DNA from: Eledone cirrhosa
Taxonomy: Eukaryota
Length of the DNA: 64,000 nt
Direction: 5' to 3'
NCBI GenBank assembly: GCA_964016885.1
Contig: OZ024742.1
Span: 133,114,001-133,178,000 of the forward strand
The position numbers and the translations under genes are program-made. Of the stretch, positions 12,634-26,990 are shown in pieces; the stretch's first letter is position 1; each line of letters opens with the position of its first letter. Below the pieces are notes generated by a model, which had not been told where the DNA came from, ran no database searches, and was given only the letters and a program-made list of their open reading frames with translations.

Positions 12634-14404
12634 GTCATAGAAAATAATTACAAGTGGACAGAGTCATATTTATCAGTGGAAAATGAATAATTTATCACAT
12701 CATATAGTGAAACGGCAAACCTAGCTCTTGTGGAAGACAGTGTAAGGTGACGATTACAACACTATCGTGGGACATTATAATATGACTATCTGGAAATTTG
12801 GATTTTAAATAAATACACAAACTATTTTCTTTATTTGGTACATTTTCCACTAGGCAAACCGTAACGTAATTGGCCATATTAATGGCATTTTGGGGGAAAC
12901 AAACACGTTACAACATTTTATTTGACCGTTTATAGTTCAATTCTCTTTTGAACGGCTTCATACGCATTGCTGTTTCAAGTTTGAAAAATCTACAAGATCA
13001 CATAGTTCCAGTTAATTACGTTACAGTCGTAAATATGTAATTATATGTTGATCATTTTGTAAGTTTTTTTTTTAGTTTGTCGCCATTTTTGTGCCGTATT
13101 CAAGCAATTAATCCATCTTTTTTTGACGCTGCAAATTCTATTGTTTGTATTCTGCTTACTGCAAATTATGCTTCTCCCTATATGTTTCTTCTATTATATT
13201 TTGACTTTAAACATTAATTCAATTTGATAGGTTCAGTTAATATGTAACTTATCAAGCGTTACAAAAAAGATTAGCAGTTTCACTTGATCAGAAATCCAGA
13301 TACCTCTTGTAAATTCTGTAGTATTTAACAGCAATTTTGTACAGAATTACATTAAAGGGAACACAAAACACCCGCATACAAATGTGTATGTATCTGAGTA
13401 TATGTGTGTTTGCTTATGAACTAGCTTGTGTGAGTGTGTATGAACTAGCATCTATGCTTCGCTTCTTTTTTTTAGCGTTTTATGTCGGTATCTCTGCTTC
13501 CGTTTGTTTGTGAGTGTAAGCGTGCATAAATGCCTTTATTTGTTTGCGTAAATGTTTAATCATCCGTTCGTCTTCCTGAAATTCCATCACTACTGACATG
13601 CCACACCCTAGTTATAGGTTTGATATTTACGTTTTTCAGATTCAACCTTCCCACTATCCATTTATTTCCTTTTATAATAATTTGTATCATATATATTCCC
13701 TCATAACATGTTTTCCTTCTTCCTCTATTGATTAGTTTTTATATTGCGTAAATGACAAGGGACTATGTGAATAAGCTACCAAAAATATGTATCTATTTCG
13801 CTATAAAACAACACTTATACTCACAACAAATTCACTGATCAAAATTCTCCTATAATACCATTAATTTATATTACATCAGAAATGAGCCACCACCATTTCC
13901 TACCATCCCTGGATGAAAGAAGTATGATGTAACAAATAATCACATAAATATATATAGAACTATTAAAGAATTAGATATCAATATATCCTTGTATGTTTTA
14001 TATATCATTCATTCGTGTTCATAAGCCTCTCCCGTTCCATATATGTAATATATGTAAATGCATGCCTCTGTTTTAATGTTAAGGTATCTGTTTTCCTCTC
14101 CTTCTGTGTTCATGCGTGCGTGTGTATGAGAGATATAGATAGAAAGAGAGGCAGAAATGTGCCTGTGAGTGTGTTTCTGTTTTTAAACGTGTGGAATAAA
14201 ACATTTCTAGTAATACATACCAATTGGGAGAATGTTGAGAGTGTTTTTTTTATTGTAATTTAATGTTATCATACTTTTCGACTTGAGTTTCTATATTTTT
14301 GTATATCATTTCGACAAATATATGTCTAATTTTCCTGTTTATCTTATTATCTGTAATACGTTTTCGTTTCGTCATTCGCCGTTTAAATATATATATATAT
14401 ATAC

Positions 14405-14915
14405 ATAGTGATAGAACGCTGAAAGGTAATATCCGTAGTGAGAGAGCACTGAGTCCATGGGACGAGTTAGTAAGAAGTGGTTGCACAACAGTTAGTTCAC
14501 CATACCGAGAACAATTGTTTCACCTTAGCGGATACTCAGCTCGTAATGGACATGGTTATAAGGAACAAGATGGACCCTTTTGCATTGCTGTTGAAGGGGA
14601 CAAGATTCGGGCTTACGACAAGAGTACCCTAGTGGGGTGTTGCTCTCAGGGCTGTTGGTGATGTGGGCCTTCATGTTCTTAGGGCTGGAGTATCGTACTT
14701 TGACTTTGTGTCGGTTAAATATGCAGCGGCATTTATGACCTACGGGAAGGTGTCTATCTAAGAGGGCTAGCAATTGTTTGCCTACATTGGTTTTAACGTT
14801 GAGTGAAAAGGGAGAACAGGTATTTTCTCTTCAGTATAACCATGTCCATTACGACCTGAGGATCCGCTAAGGTGAAACAGCTCGGTTCCTCAGCTCGTAA
14901 GGGACATGGTTATGA
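14405..14915 (-). mobile_element. Family D: internally deleted PLE with inverted HHR-bearing arm
   Basis: Minus-strand translation 14525-14820 PFSLNVKTNVGKQLLALLDRHLPVGHKCRCIFNRHKVKVRYSSPKNMKAHI..SCRKPESCPLQQQC resembles the PLE thumb/linker motif (WFNPPFS.NVKTNIG..LIDKHFP..IFNR..VKVSYS..C.C....CPL...C). Inverted repeat 14516-14560 vs 14835-14879. (TA)n flanks. Confidence 0.8.
14850..14890 (+). ncRNA. Minimal hammerhead ribozyme-like motif (family D)
   Basis: CUGAGGA-ucc-gcuaa-ggu-GAAAC-AGCU. The mirror copy on the minus strand (14508-14543) reads CUGAGUA..GAAAC-AAUU-GUU. Confidence 0.6.
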
Positions 14916-14948
14916 TATATATATATATATATATCATAATGGTGAGTC

Positions 14949-15047
<99 letters not shown>

Positions 15048-15239
15048 GGTTAACAAGGGACACGTACATGCCTGGGGTGGACAGGCCTGTGCGAAAAATA
15101 TATTGCAGTTTCCATTTCATGCTACAAACGCTGGCGATGGTCCTATGAGCTGTCCTAGGAGTCGTGGGATGGACGCAAAAAAAGTGCATATCCTGAGACT
15201 CCAACGTGGATTCAAAAGTAGTTAACCTTGATAATTGAA

Positions 15240-16640
15240 ATATGGAACATCACAAATCTAAGAGGTAAGGGGCTTGTGGAAGTGGCTAGACGTTATCACT
15301 AGAAACAATCGGGGTTTTCTCAGCAAAATTCGCTTGCTCTCGTACTGTTGACTTGGATGGAGATTGGAAACTCCACCATTCTGATTTGGTGACAGAAATG
15401 ACTGCACTGGCGGGAGTGTGGATATTCAGAAGCCCCGTCAGTCAGAATGGATAACATTAAGAGGATGGGTGTGCCTCTGTAAACTTTGGCTGAATAATAG
15501 GTCTCTGTGGGTGGTGCAAATATATGCACCAATCAATGAGTACTAATACAGATCCTTCCTTCATGAAATCATTGCAGCGATTCATACTCCATGATGGGGA
15601 AATTTAATGCACATGTTGGCACTGACTAGATGACATGGAAAGGAATGATTGAAGGGATTAGCGATTCCGATCTAAATATGAATGGAGAGGCCTTATTAGA
15701 TTTCTGTTCAAGCAATGTACACTCTATTATGAATACCTTCCAACACAGAGACATCCATGCTTCATGGGGAATTAGGGACATAGATCAATAATTAATTTTA
15801 TTTGTTTTCTGTAATCACTTCGATTCTGTGCTGGATGTTTGTGTTATGAGAGGGGTTGAGCTGACAAGTGATCAGCAGCTAGTTATCTGCAACTTCAGAC
15901 AACCTAAATCCAAAGAAGCACATGAAACTGGAATATCCAGGTCAACCTACAGGATAAAGGGAGAATCTTTGAAGGATAAGGTATGCAGGTAGGCAGGTAT
16001 GCAGATACTATTGCATCCAAATTCAAAGAACACTTTCAGAAAACTGAAAACTTTGAAATTGAGGGGAGAGTTCAGCTCAGTAGTTTGTGTTGCGTGTGAG
16101 AGAGGCTAGATGTGGCACCGGTTTGCAGGAGGATAACTGGGTTCATTCAAGTTTTCAGATATGCCATCCCATCAAGAAAGAAGGCATACAGTTGTGGTAC
16201 AAGCTGGTACGAAGAATCGCATCAGAGACAGTAAATGCGTCCAATGATAAGACATGGGAGGATGTTTGGTTTAATATGATATATGACTTCAAATCAAATA
16301 AAGTGTTCTGGTAGACCTTCCGCAGACTTCGTAATAAGAACTCGTCCTAGACACTTGGTATAAGAAACACATCTAGAGTTCCATATTTAGGATGTGCATC
16401 CACGCGAGGTATAACAAATACATTGTGATCTAATAAATCCGGTCAAAACAGCCTCTTCTTATGCACACAAAGTGCAAATGGGAGCGGTGACTAATCCCTC
16501 AGAAACTGAGATAACAAGAGCAATTAAAGTGAGCAAGTATGACAAGGCCGCTGGGGAAGAGGAAATCCAGCCGGAGAAGTAATTCCGTAGCTGAACTGTG
16601 TGTACCGGGTGGTTTGGATCTCTGGAAAAGTATCACGTAT
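15240..16640 (+). pseudogene. Decayed RTE-type LINE (AP endonuclease to start of RT)
   Basis: Fragments YAP, MGKFNAHVG, DLNMNGEALLDFCSSN..IMNTFQHRDIH, VLDVCVMRGVELTSDQQLV and KAAGEEEIQPE, with many stops and frameshifts. Confidence 0.8.
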
Positions 16641-16799
16641 GCCAGCCCTCTTCCGGACCCCAATGTGGCTGGCTTGTCTGATTCATTCTCTTCTCAATGA
16701 AATAGGGCAGCGATAGGTGCGCATATGTTTCCTCTAGGGGCGAGTGTCTTCCTTGTTCTTTCAAGTGTTGCTGCCTTGGCATTTCGATGTTTGATGAGA

Positions 16800-17065
16800 T
16801 TTATAATTTCTTCGAAAGCGTACCCGCACAGGTGCTGTTTCAGTTTGAGCACACGACCACAGGATCCATATATACACTAAATTCTACACGAAGTATGTCT
16901 GAGAGGTATTTGGGGCTCCATCATTCTGCCATTCGTTACAGAGCAAAAATGGTTTATTTACAGAATAAAATCTCCCTGATGCACAACAGATTCTGTGAGT
17001 GTAGACACAAACATAAAAAGTTCGGTGGAATTCCCTAAAAGCTTTCAATGAGAACGGCTACCCCA
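16800..17065 (+). pseudogene. Decayed PLE RT thumb fragment
   Basis: Pieces SERYL.., HSLQSKNGL and KAFNENGYP match the PLE T.RYL...S.HP...K / ..NGYP pattern across frameshifts. Confidence 0.45.
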
Positions 17066-17555
17066 CTTCTCTCCTTTGTCACAGTTCTGTATCTACTGCG
17101 CTGTCCTACGGATAACTTAGCAATATTAATATTCAGTTTAATAGTAAAATTGCATATATCACCTATCCAAAATGCATATGTATTAAATAAAATCACGCGA
17201 TTATAAGAAAGTGAAATTCGTTTAATTCATTTGAAACTATTGTCTAATTTAAGATTTAGGCTTTTAATTTTGGATATCCAGTGGCTTAGTAGAAGGAACA
17301 CCATCATATGGGAGAGCTGATTCTTGAAGCATTTGCACATTGGAATGTCTGTAGGAGACCAAAACATCCATCTATTAGAACTGTCCAAGAGCAATATACG
17401 TATGTGATATTAAGAGGTGTGTTAGATAATATAAGAGGCATGTTCCTAAAGGACTTGTGAATTATGCATGATGTCAAGAAAGTGAGAGATGTATATTTTC
17501 GTTTTAACATTAGGTTCTGAAATTTGGTGTTCTTCCATAATCTTGCGCATTCTAC

Positions 17556-17650
17556 ATAATAATTGTTTCTACTTTTGGCACAAGGCCAGCAATGATCCAG
17601 TGTATTACTGGTACTTTATTTCATCGACCCCGTAAGGATGAAAGGCAAGG
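17556..17650 (-). mobile_element. Meta-domain SINE 3' fragment
   Basis: aattgtttctacttttggcacaaggccagc..tggtactttatttcatcgaccccgtaaggatgaaaggc. Confidence 0.85.
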
Positions 17651-19637
17651 TGGTGGATCGATAAAATAAAGAACCCAAAGTAGAATAATAGCCATGCTCT
17701 CAATAGTATTCCTCAAGATGCAGTGAAGCAACTATAAATATTTGCCATTGCGGGACTAGAGAGTGAAGTTGTGTATAATTATAGGTATTATCTTATCCCG
17801 GCTTTTTGGTGCATCAGCTGGGAATAGTCGCTTTAGTGACATGTGTCGCATGTCATTCCCTAACTGGGACTTCAGTTGAAACCCCGTGATATTAGCCATT
17901 GTCTTTTCAGTAATATATAGCATTTTCTGATGTAAAACAAAGAGAAAATTAAAACAAATACGCGAACAACAATCTGTTGTAGAATGAAATTAGAAATACC
18001 TACTGCAGAAGGGATATTATGCGTAAAAATATATTATATGTGTCCTCTACAAATGGGAGATGTTACAGACAGAGACACAAGAGAAATAGTGAGTGATTAG
18101 AGAAAGTAAAATAATGAAGGTAATAAAAACAAAACGTTGTTTCAAAGGCTCATGAAATCATCTCATGAGATACAGAATGCAGTGAGTTATAGAGAAAGGA
18201 AAGGATTCCAAAATTTACAACAGTATGAGACAAAAGAGCATGTGGGAAATAGGAAGTTGTTACAGGTATTATAAGTATGAGGGTGATATTAAAAGTAAGC
18301 ACTGTTTGCACCACATATTCATTAGTGAAATTTATAACTAATGTATACACGAAAGAACAAAGTCAGCACAGGCTTAAACATAAAGTATATACACGCACAT
18401 GCATACACATACACTCTTATATATATATGACTGAATGTCGATTAAAGATCTTACTGTATGGTAAGGTTCATAGGTGAAAAGTGGTTATCGATGAGGCATA
18501 AGAATTACTTACCTACATTAGCCTTTATATTTAATGAGAAAGGAGGCACGAACCATTTTATTTTTATTTTACTATATTTATTTCTAGCTTGGTGTTTAAT
18601 AAGCTTTTATTTAATATGTTCCTTAAATCCACAACCTACGAGGGCTCTGTTATTGTACGGCATTGCCTTTTCAAATATTTCTCTATTGGTTCATACTTTC
18701 CAGATTCTAGGCTTAATGTTAGGCACTAGATTGTTAAAAACAGTAGTTGGGTGGCATGATCCTCTGTTCATGTATTTTAGCTTCTCGTAAACTTTATATA
18801 TTTATTATAAAATAATTTTCTAGATGTCTAATACTGTCCTCTTCTATTACGTTGATATCACCAGGGATAGTGAAAATGAAATGCTTCGAATGAAATATTT
18901 CTACTTGTTCGAGGCCATTTATCTTTGAGTATGTCTTTTTTTTTAGGCGCCTGGGGTGCATTGTGCGTATATATTGTGTTAGTTTATGTGGATAGTCTCC
19001 ACGATGCAGCTAACCTAAACGCAATCTACACAACTACAAAAAACAATTGAAATGATCATGTAATACTCGATTCCAGCATTATTAATAGCGATGAAACATT
19101 ATAATAATCAAATGCATTTTGGCGACTTTATACACATTTCAAAATGTCGGCTTGTGACAAAAAGATTTACACACAGATACATACAAAGACACACACACAC
19201 AGTTTGTTTCAGTATATGTGGGTAGAGATGTCAGGGACGAAAAGCTATTTTCAACGAAACTACGCATTAATATCTATAGGACTGTTACTGTATTTCGCTA
19301 AAAGTAAAATATTAAATCATCCAATTTAGTGGATTAATCTAAAAGTAATCGTTGTACACAAATTTGAACTTGTATTGTATTGTTTACAAATTCTATTTTT
19401 AATTAAGTAAAATGTGTTGACGTCAGTATGATTTAACAGAAATTATTGCGTTTACATCTGTTGTGACATGATTTATATTATATGCCATATTATGATGGCT
19501 CATTTCCGTATTTAAATTAACTCCACTGAAACCATATATTGGTATTTTGCAATAGTGTCTGGTGATTATAGCGACTAAGTTAATGGTTTGTGACACACAT
19601 ACATATGCACACATCCACAAACAAAGATACGAGAGAC

Positions 19638-19676
<39 letters not shown>

Positions 19677-19731
19677 GCACGCACACACACACACGCATAT
19701 GTATATATATATATAGAGAGAGAGAGTGAAT

Positions 19732-19846
19732 GCATGTGGCTAAGTGGTTAGAGAATTGGATTTGCAATCGTGAGTTTGTAAGTTCGTTTCCCGGACGGAG
19801 CGAAGCGCTATGTTTTTGAGCAAGACACTTTATTTCACGTTGCTCC
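19732..19846 (+). mobile_element. Second SINE family, tRNA head plus CORE-like domain
   Basis: gtggctaagtggttag (A box), agttcgtttcc (B box), ttgagcaagacactttatttcacgttgctcc. A related copy lies at about 49650-49735. Confidence 0.7.
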
Positions 19847-20034
19847 TTCTACTTGGAGATGCGACCGGTAGATTGCATATGCAATTGGAAACACCAATGG
19901 AAACAATGCTGCCTCTGTCCAATTTGACGAAAGTCGATTTAAATATATATATATATAAAGAATTAATATATCTAGTAACATATATATATACACATTTAGT
20001 AAGTAAGTTAATTTTATAATTTTCTTATTTTACG

Positions 20035-20081
<47 letters not shown>

Positions 20082-20326
20082 AGCCAATCTAAATCTGTAT
20101 ATGTACATGCAAATGAATCACGCACAAATCCAACACCTTTTGGGGGAGGAGAATTTCGATTAAATAACATTGATAAAAGAACATGGACCTCAGGTGACAA
20201 CCACGATGTGCATTCTTTAAATATTTATATTTCCCTGCTGTTTCCAATCTTACTTCTTTTCTATAAACTCTATAGTGTATAGAACCTTACACCCTTTCAT
20301 ACATACACACATATATATATATATAC

Positions 20327-20361
<35 letters not shown>

Positions 20362-20384
20362 CGTGTGTGTGTGTGTGTTTAGAG

Positions 20385-20520
20385 ATAGCCGGTGTTAAGA
20401 TGTCGTATAGAATGTTTCAGGCTGTTCGTCCCACTTCATTGCGTGCTCCGAGTTCAAATCCTACCGAGGTCAACTTTGCCTTTCACTCTTTCGAGGTTGA
20501 TAAGAAAAGTACCAGTCCAA
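20385..20520 (+). mobile_element. Degraded Meta-domain SINE
   Basis: gagttcaaatcctaccgaggtcaactttgcctttcactctttcgaggttgataagaaaagtaccag. Confidence 0.7.
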
Positions 20521-21396
20521 TAATGGGATTGATTCTTTCTGTATAGAAAAAAATCGGCTGTGTTCAGAGCTGGAGTGTGTTAGGATCCGCCGGGTTTTGA
20601 AGTGCCCTAGACACGCCGTTTGACGGTCCTTCTACGACTCCAGTTTATATTTCTCACTCTTAGTACGGCACTTACTTAAATGAATTTATTTTACTTTTTT
20701 GAATTTATTTAACTGTGAATGTTTAATACATTTGTAATCTAAAACATTTGTAATCTAAAACGAGAAAGAAAGAACCAATAACAACTCGGTTACCAGGAAT
20801 CGACAGTAAAAAACATCAATGGCCTTAATTTTGCTTTATTTTATGGATATCTGTGGAAAAAACAACGTTAGAACGAATGACAATATTTCAATTAGCATGC
20901 CTAAACATTGATACACACAACTTTATTTGTTAACTTTGATCAACACCATCATTTATCTATAATTTAGTACAATACCTAATCCTTACATATCTATTGAATT
21001 TATTTAACTGTGAATTGTTAATACATTTGTAATCTCTTTTAACTTTTAGTTTTAATACCCAATCCAACATTTTTTACGAAACTTATCTATAACTCCAAAT
21101 GTTTAATGACTTTTTGATCTATTATTTATAGTATAATATAGCATGTATTTCTTTTAAATATACTTACTGCACTATAATATGTAAATTTAAATTTGAGACA
21201 GATTCAAACTTATATATAAATGTGAATTTTTTTCGCTGTACTCTCGATCTCTTATTTATTTATTTGTTTATAATAAAATAATAATAATAAAATAATAGTT
21301 GTATAATATATAATATATATATATAGTTATATATTGTATTTTATATATTTTTAAATATTTCTAAATACACCTACCATACTTCTATATACATGTTTC

Positions 21397-21780
21397 AATT
21401 ATAGAGAAAATATCCAAACTAAAAACTATTATAGAGATTATTTTGAATTTTTTTACATGCACTCATTGTTCGTTTTTCGTATATGTATGTATATATATAT
21501 TTAAATGTAACACGTTGTTAAGAGTATAACTGTTATCATTTACCTAAAGTATACTACATTAATAATACCTAATATATATCTAGTTACATGATTCAAATAT
21601 AGAGAAAATATCCAAACTAAAAATTATTATAGACATTATTTTGAATTTTATACATGCACTCATTGTTCGTTTTTCTTATATGCATATATATATATATTTA
21701 AATGTAACACGTTGTTAGAAGTATAACTGTTATCATTTACCTAAAGTATACTACATTAATAATACCTAATATATATCTAT
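21397..21780. repeat. Tandem duplication of a ~197-bp AT-rich unit
   Basis: tatagagaaaa..tccaaactaaaa..catgcactcattgttcgttttt..gtataactgttatcatttacctaaagtatactacattaataatacctaat occurs at about 21400 and about 21598. Confidence 0.85.
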
Positions 21781-22601
21781 ATATATTCATCCCAATTACG
21801 TTGATATATTGGTTGATGAATAATTATACATATCTATAAAATTTATCTGTAACATATGATTTTATTTTATTTTATTTTTACCTTATACATACTAACTCAT
21901 TAATATATACCTATATACATAATAGTTATTCAAATATTTAAAACAATAAGTACCTTAAAAGCTTTACATACCTAATATATTGGGATATTTGTTAAAGTTT
22001 AGATTTAGGTAATTAATCAACAGTATAATATTTCACACTTTACGTGCCAGCTAAATCCTTTAAAATGTTATTCTCACGATTCAGAAGTTTAGGAATGATA
22101 ACACACTTATCGAATTTATATAAATAATATATAAATAACAAATAATCCTGAAATCTGAAGTCTTCACATTAATATTATAAATTAAATATTTCCAAATTCT
22201 AACCGTTAAACTTTCGAAAACAAAACCCTACACTTTATCTTTCCCTCCTTATAAATCTTTTTTCCAGTGGCTATCACCGGCTGTTATGAATCATGAGACG
22301 TTTCCCTAGATATAGTATCATACAATTTAACATTTTAGAACACTTTAAGTATGCAACGTTTTTTCTTACTCACACATTCTCTAACGATTTCACTACGTTT
22401 TCGCACTCTCACACAAATATTATATAAGCAAAGTTTGTCTATCGGGTAATCACTACCCTGATTTAATCTTAACCATTTAACATCTCAGGGTATGTCATGT
22501 ATCATTATATTTTGTCTGATGGGGACGTACTGTTGTACATCCAAAATATGTATAATAACATGTAATTGATCAAAAGAACATCTATCTTATTTTATTAATA
22601 C

Positions 22602-22632
<31 letters not shown>

Positions 22633-22810
22633 GTTATATTTAAATATTGTATATATATATATATATAACAAATTAAACTTAAGCCAAAATCTTTATTTTG
22701 GGGGATATAAGCTAGACTAATTAGAATATGCCATTTTATTCGCACCGTTCCCCAAACAATATACCTACACACACACACATACACACACTCACACACGCAC
22801 ACACATACAC

Positions 22811-22926
<116 letters not shown>

Positions 22927-23753
22927 GTTGTAGTATATGGAGTTGAAGGCATTGTTTAGTTTAGTCAAGAAGAAAGCGATGAAGGGAGACAGAATAGAAA
23001 TGAAACACGATAAACTAAAATCAAATGAATTAACACGAAATAAATGTTGTTTAACAGCGCATATATATTACGTTTCATTCTTTGTTTATACTCGAAGATT
23101 TAAATGTGTGTGCTTGTATCTGTGTTTGTATGTGTGCAAAATAAGGTTATGGCTGTGTTGGATTTATGGGGTGGATCTAAGAATTACGATATCCTAAATT
23201 TAACTTGAAGTAGACAAGTGCAATGATTTCGGGTTGATAATGATTAGTTTTGTTCGCCTCTTTAAAGTACCAGGTCTCGCAGTGCAATTAACGAGGAGTG
23301 GACAGTCAATGGGACAGTGATTCCCACAAAGTGGCCTAAAAATAAATGCATGCTGATTTAAACATATCCGCATTTAGAATCAATGCCAAACAATAGAAAA
23401 CACACTTAACAACAGAGATCTAAAAAATTATTGCTAAAATCACGTTGTTCTAACATAGGAAGTATATAGAAAATGTATACCAACAGAATACAAAGACGCC
23501 TTAAACCTAAGATTTGCGAAAGCACCTTGAATTAGAAAGCGGAAAGCTAATTTACAACCACCTTTGACATTCATACATATACCTATATTTATTGACATTT
23601 CCTTTGAGAGTAGACGAACGGGTAAAGTTGTTTTAAAGCATATAAGAATCCCAGCCCTCCTGCCCTGGAGTATTACACTGATTATTAAAATGTTATCTCA
23701 GTGACAATATCCACTTCATTTGTTCCATGTAAAGATTAATGTAAACTTAATCG

Positions 23754-23849
<96 letters not shown>

Positions 23850-24048
23850 TAGATAAATAAGAGGAATTCCAACTTTGTCTGATTTACTCGTTTTATTTAC
23901 AATCCTCTAAAATTTATAATGGTATTATAATGAAATAGTATGATAGAATATTAAATTCTAAGTGTTAATTGAACAAGTACTTTCATGCTTTCATAATCTT
24001 CAGGTTCATAATATATGGTGACAGTCAAGTTTGCAATTTTCAAATATA

Positions 24049-24081
<33 letters not shown>

Positions 24082-24278
24082 ACTATTGGATGTACATTTT
24101 ATGCCAAAAATCTAGTATTGGCAAGAATAAATAGACTTTGAGAAACAGACGTATGGTTATTTGAATAGAGACCTTAATAACAAATGAATTAATAGAAATA
24201 CATGCAGGAACTCAATATGCTCAAATGACCGCCAAACACAAATATCAATCTATCTATCTGTCTATCTATCTATCTAAA

Positions 24279-24343
<65 letters not shown>

Positions 24344-24793
24344 ATCTGTGTGTGGGTGGGGGGCGTTGTGTGTGTGTGTGTGTGTGTGTGTGTACAGGCA
24401 ATTTACTCTATTGGGTATTCCATGCAAGCTTTGTATGCGTCTTCCTATGTGATTGATTTTTGTCCGTTATTTATGGAAGGAAATACGCAATTAGAAGTAA
24501 TTACATAACATTAAATTCAAACCTATGTTTATCAAAGTATATTATCATTTTATGTCTATCGACATATTATGTTGCCAACGCAATTTAGAAGACAACGAAA
24601 TATATTCATGTTAAATTACGCGTTTAACTATGATGCTTGATGTCGTTGGAGTGAGGATTATGGAGCAGAAGAGGTATGAGAGTACCAACGTCGTAGTTAT
24701 CATGGATTTTTCAAAGATAATGATGGAAAGCGAAACATAAAACATTTAATCAACACCCAATTCCCTTATAATATCTCATTAATTCTGTAGGAA

Positions 24794-24970
24794 TTGGCAG
24801 TATCGGTAGAGGGTCAGACATGCTTTCCAACGTAGTTACGTCCCTTTACGATCTGAGTTCAAATCCCGCCGAGGTTAACTTTGCCTTTCATCCTTACGGG
24901 GTCGATAAAATAAAGTACCAGTAATGCACTGGGTAATTGCTGGCCTTGTGCTAATAGTAGAAACAATTAA
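24794..24970 (+). mobile_element. Meta-domain SINE with 17-bp TSD
   Basis: Family consensus. TSD attaattctgtaggaat at 24778-24794 and 24966-24982. Confidence 0.9.
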
Positions 24971-26101
24971 TTCTGTAGGAATATCAGTAAATTCATATAC
25001 ATTTTAATTTGAATCTTCTCAGTTTGGTTCTCATAAATGGAAACTCGCAGGGCTATATAATGTTATGTCATTTGTCTATGTAATAGAGATAACCAGATTC
25101 GTCCGGGAATATGATTGTAACATAATCAGGTTCTACGATCGGGAGGATAATTTTCATTATATAAGTTATGTGTATAAAATCAAGTCCAGTCTATTAGTCT
25201 CGCACTTCCGCTTATTTTTAACAGAAAGTATCAATAACAGTATGTATATACTTGAACTCACGTTAAACCTGTTGTTTCTGATAGAAAGAAAAAAATGGTT
25301 GCCAGTTCTAGCAGGTACGCCTCTATGCACATGCTTCATTAATAGATGTAAACACATTGGTATATTTCGAAATGATACTCCGTGTGCAGCATTTAGTATG
25401 TAACCATACGAAGATTCGGTTCTATATTTTGTTTACATTTAAAGAGTTTCTCATGCATTGAATCACAATTTGAGGATTTCATTTTTGGCAATTCTATATA
25501 TATTGTATGTTTCCGTGGTTGTTTGAGGCGGTGTTTGTATGTAAGTGTTTGTGTGTTTCTGGGATTGTTTTTTTGTGTATATGTCTTTTATTTGTGTGTG
25601 CCTTATTGTTTATGTTTAAAATAGTGAAACTGTGGCTCATAAATATTCCTAGTGTAATATTCTTCACTGCATGGAATAAAAAAAATCTATAACTTCTACT
25701 TGATAAGAAGTTCAGCAGTAAGGGAAAAATACCCTGAAGCAATGGAAATATAAAAAATCACTCACTAATAGCAAAAGTAAGAAAGGTAAGGTTAATACTT
25801 CCGGCTATATACATAATTAAATGTTAACAATAGATTTTCAATAACTAAGCAGTGTTTTTATCAATGTTTTAGTGTATGAAAACCAGTCACCTCCCCGCAT
25901 CCCTCATATGCACAGAGGAACACAGTGACACACACATAATGCAAACACCTGAACGGAAACATATATACGCATGGTTAAATATGTAGATGTACACACACAC
26001 GCACACACACACATACGCACACACACACACATATATATATATAAATATATATATATAAATATACATACATACATGCATACATACATACATACATACATAC
26101 A

Positions 26102-26135
<34 letters not shown>

Positions 26136-26559
26136 CGCACACCACAGACGCAACCCATATATATGTATATATATATATATATATATATGAATATATTCAC
26201 GTGTATATGGGTATACGTATTTGTGCGTAAGTATTTATTGTACATATATGGTTAATAAGAGCCGCATACATAATTCGTCACATGAACAAAATATGAATAA
26301 ATGATTTCAAATCAGTCGTCTATCTGAGCTTCATATAAAAATGTATGCAACTATTTCTAATGCACAAACACACACTCACGAACACACACACACGCCGACA
26401 CACAAACACACACACGCGCGCACATACATATACACTTTCACATACACACAAACACACACACAGATACACTCCTTCTTATATATATATACATTCATATATA
26501 ACCCGTCGAAAATCGTCTTCACCGTATCTTATAGCACCTTCAGATCTGACCATACGATT

Positions 26560-26990
26560 CTTTCTCCCAGCTCGAACCGGCGGCAACTGGAGCAGTCTGC
26601 GACTAACCGGTGTTCTACTGCACTTCGGGCTGAGAGAGAACTCTGCAAATATAAGTCGCTCTGCAGCAGGTATGCGGTCGAGCCCTTAGCAGTAGAGACA
26701 TCTGCTGTTCTTGGCCCTAATGTCTCTTCTTTACTCAATATCATCGGCATGGCTTTTCCAGCGCGTCTCCTTCAGCATCCTCCGGGGAAACGCCTTCGTT
26801 ATTCAGTCAGCAGGGTCCGTGTGGCGGCCAGCGCGTGGGCCATCATTTTTGTGTGCATAATAGTGACAGTTGGGGAGAGTGGGAGAAACAGAAGCAGTTT
26901 CAGTGGAGGCTTGGTTCCGTTGTGTTCGGTCCTGGTTTATATGTATGTATTTATTTGTAAAATGATAATTGTATTATATATATATATATA
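26560..26990 (+). mobile_element. 3' remnant of a CRE-like non-LTR retrotransposon (restriction-like endonuclease)
   Basis: AERELCKYKSLCSRYAVEPLAVETSAVLGPNVSSLLNIIG, and in a shifted frame SFSILRGNAFVI, match the RLE C-terminus (K..KY..L...F.P.AVET.G.G / S.AIQRGNA). Ends in (TA)n. Confidence 0.75.
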
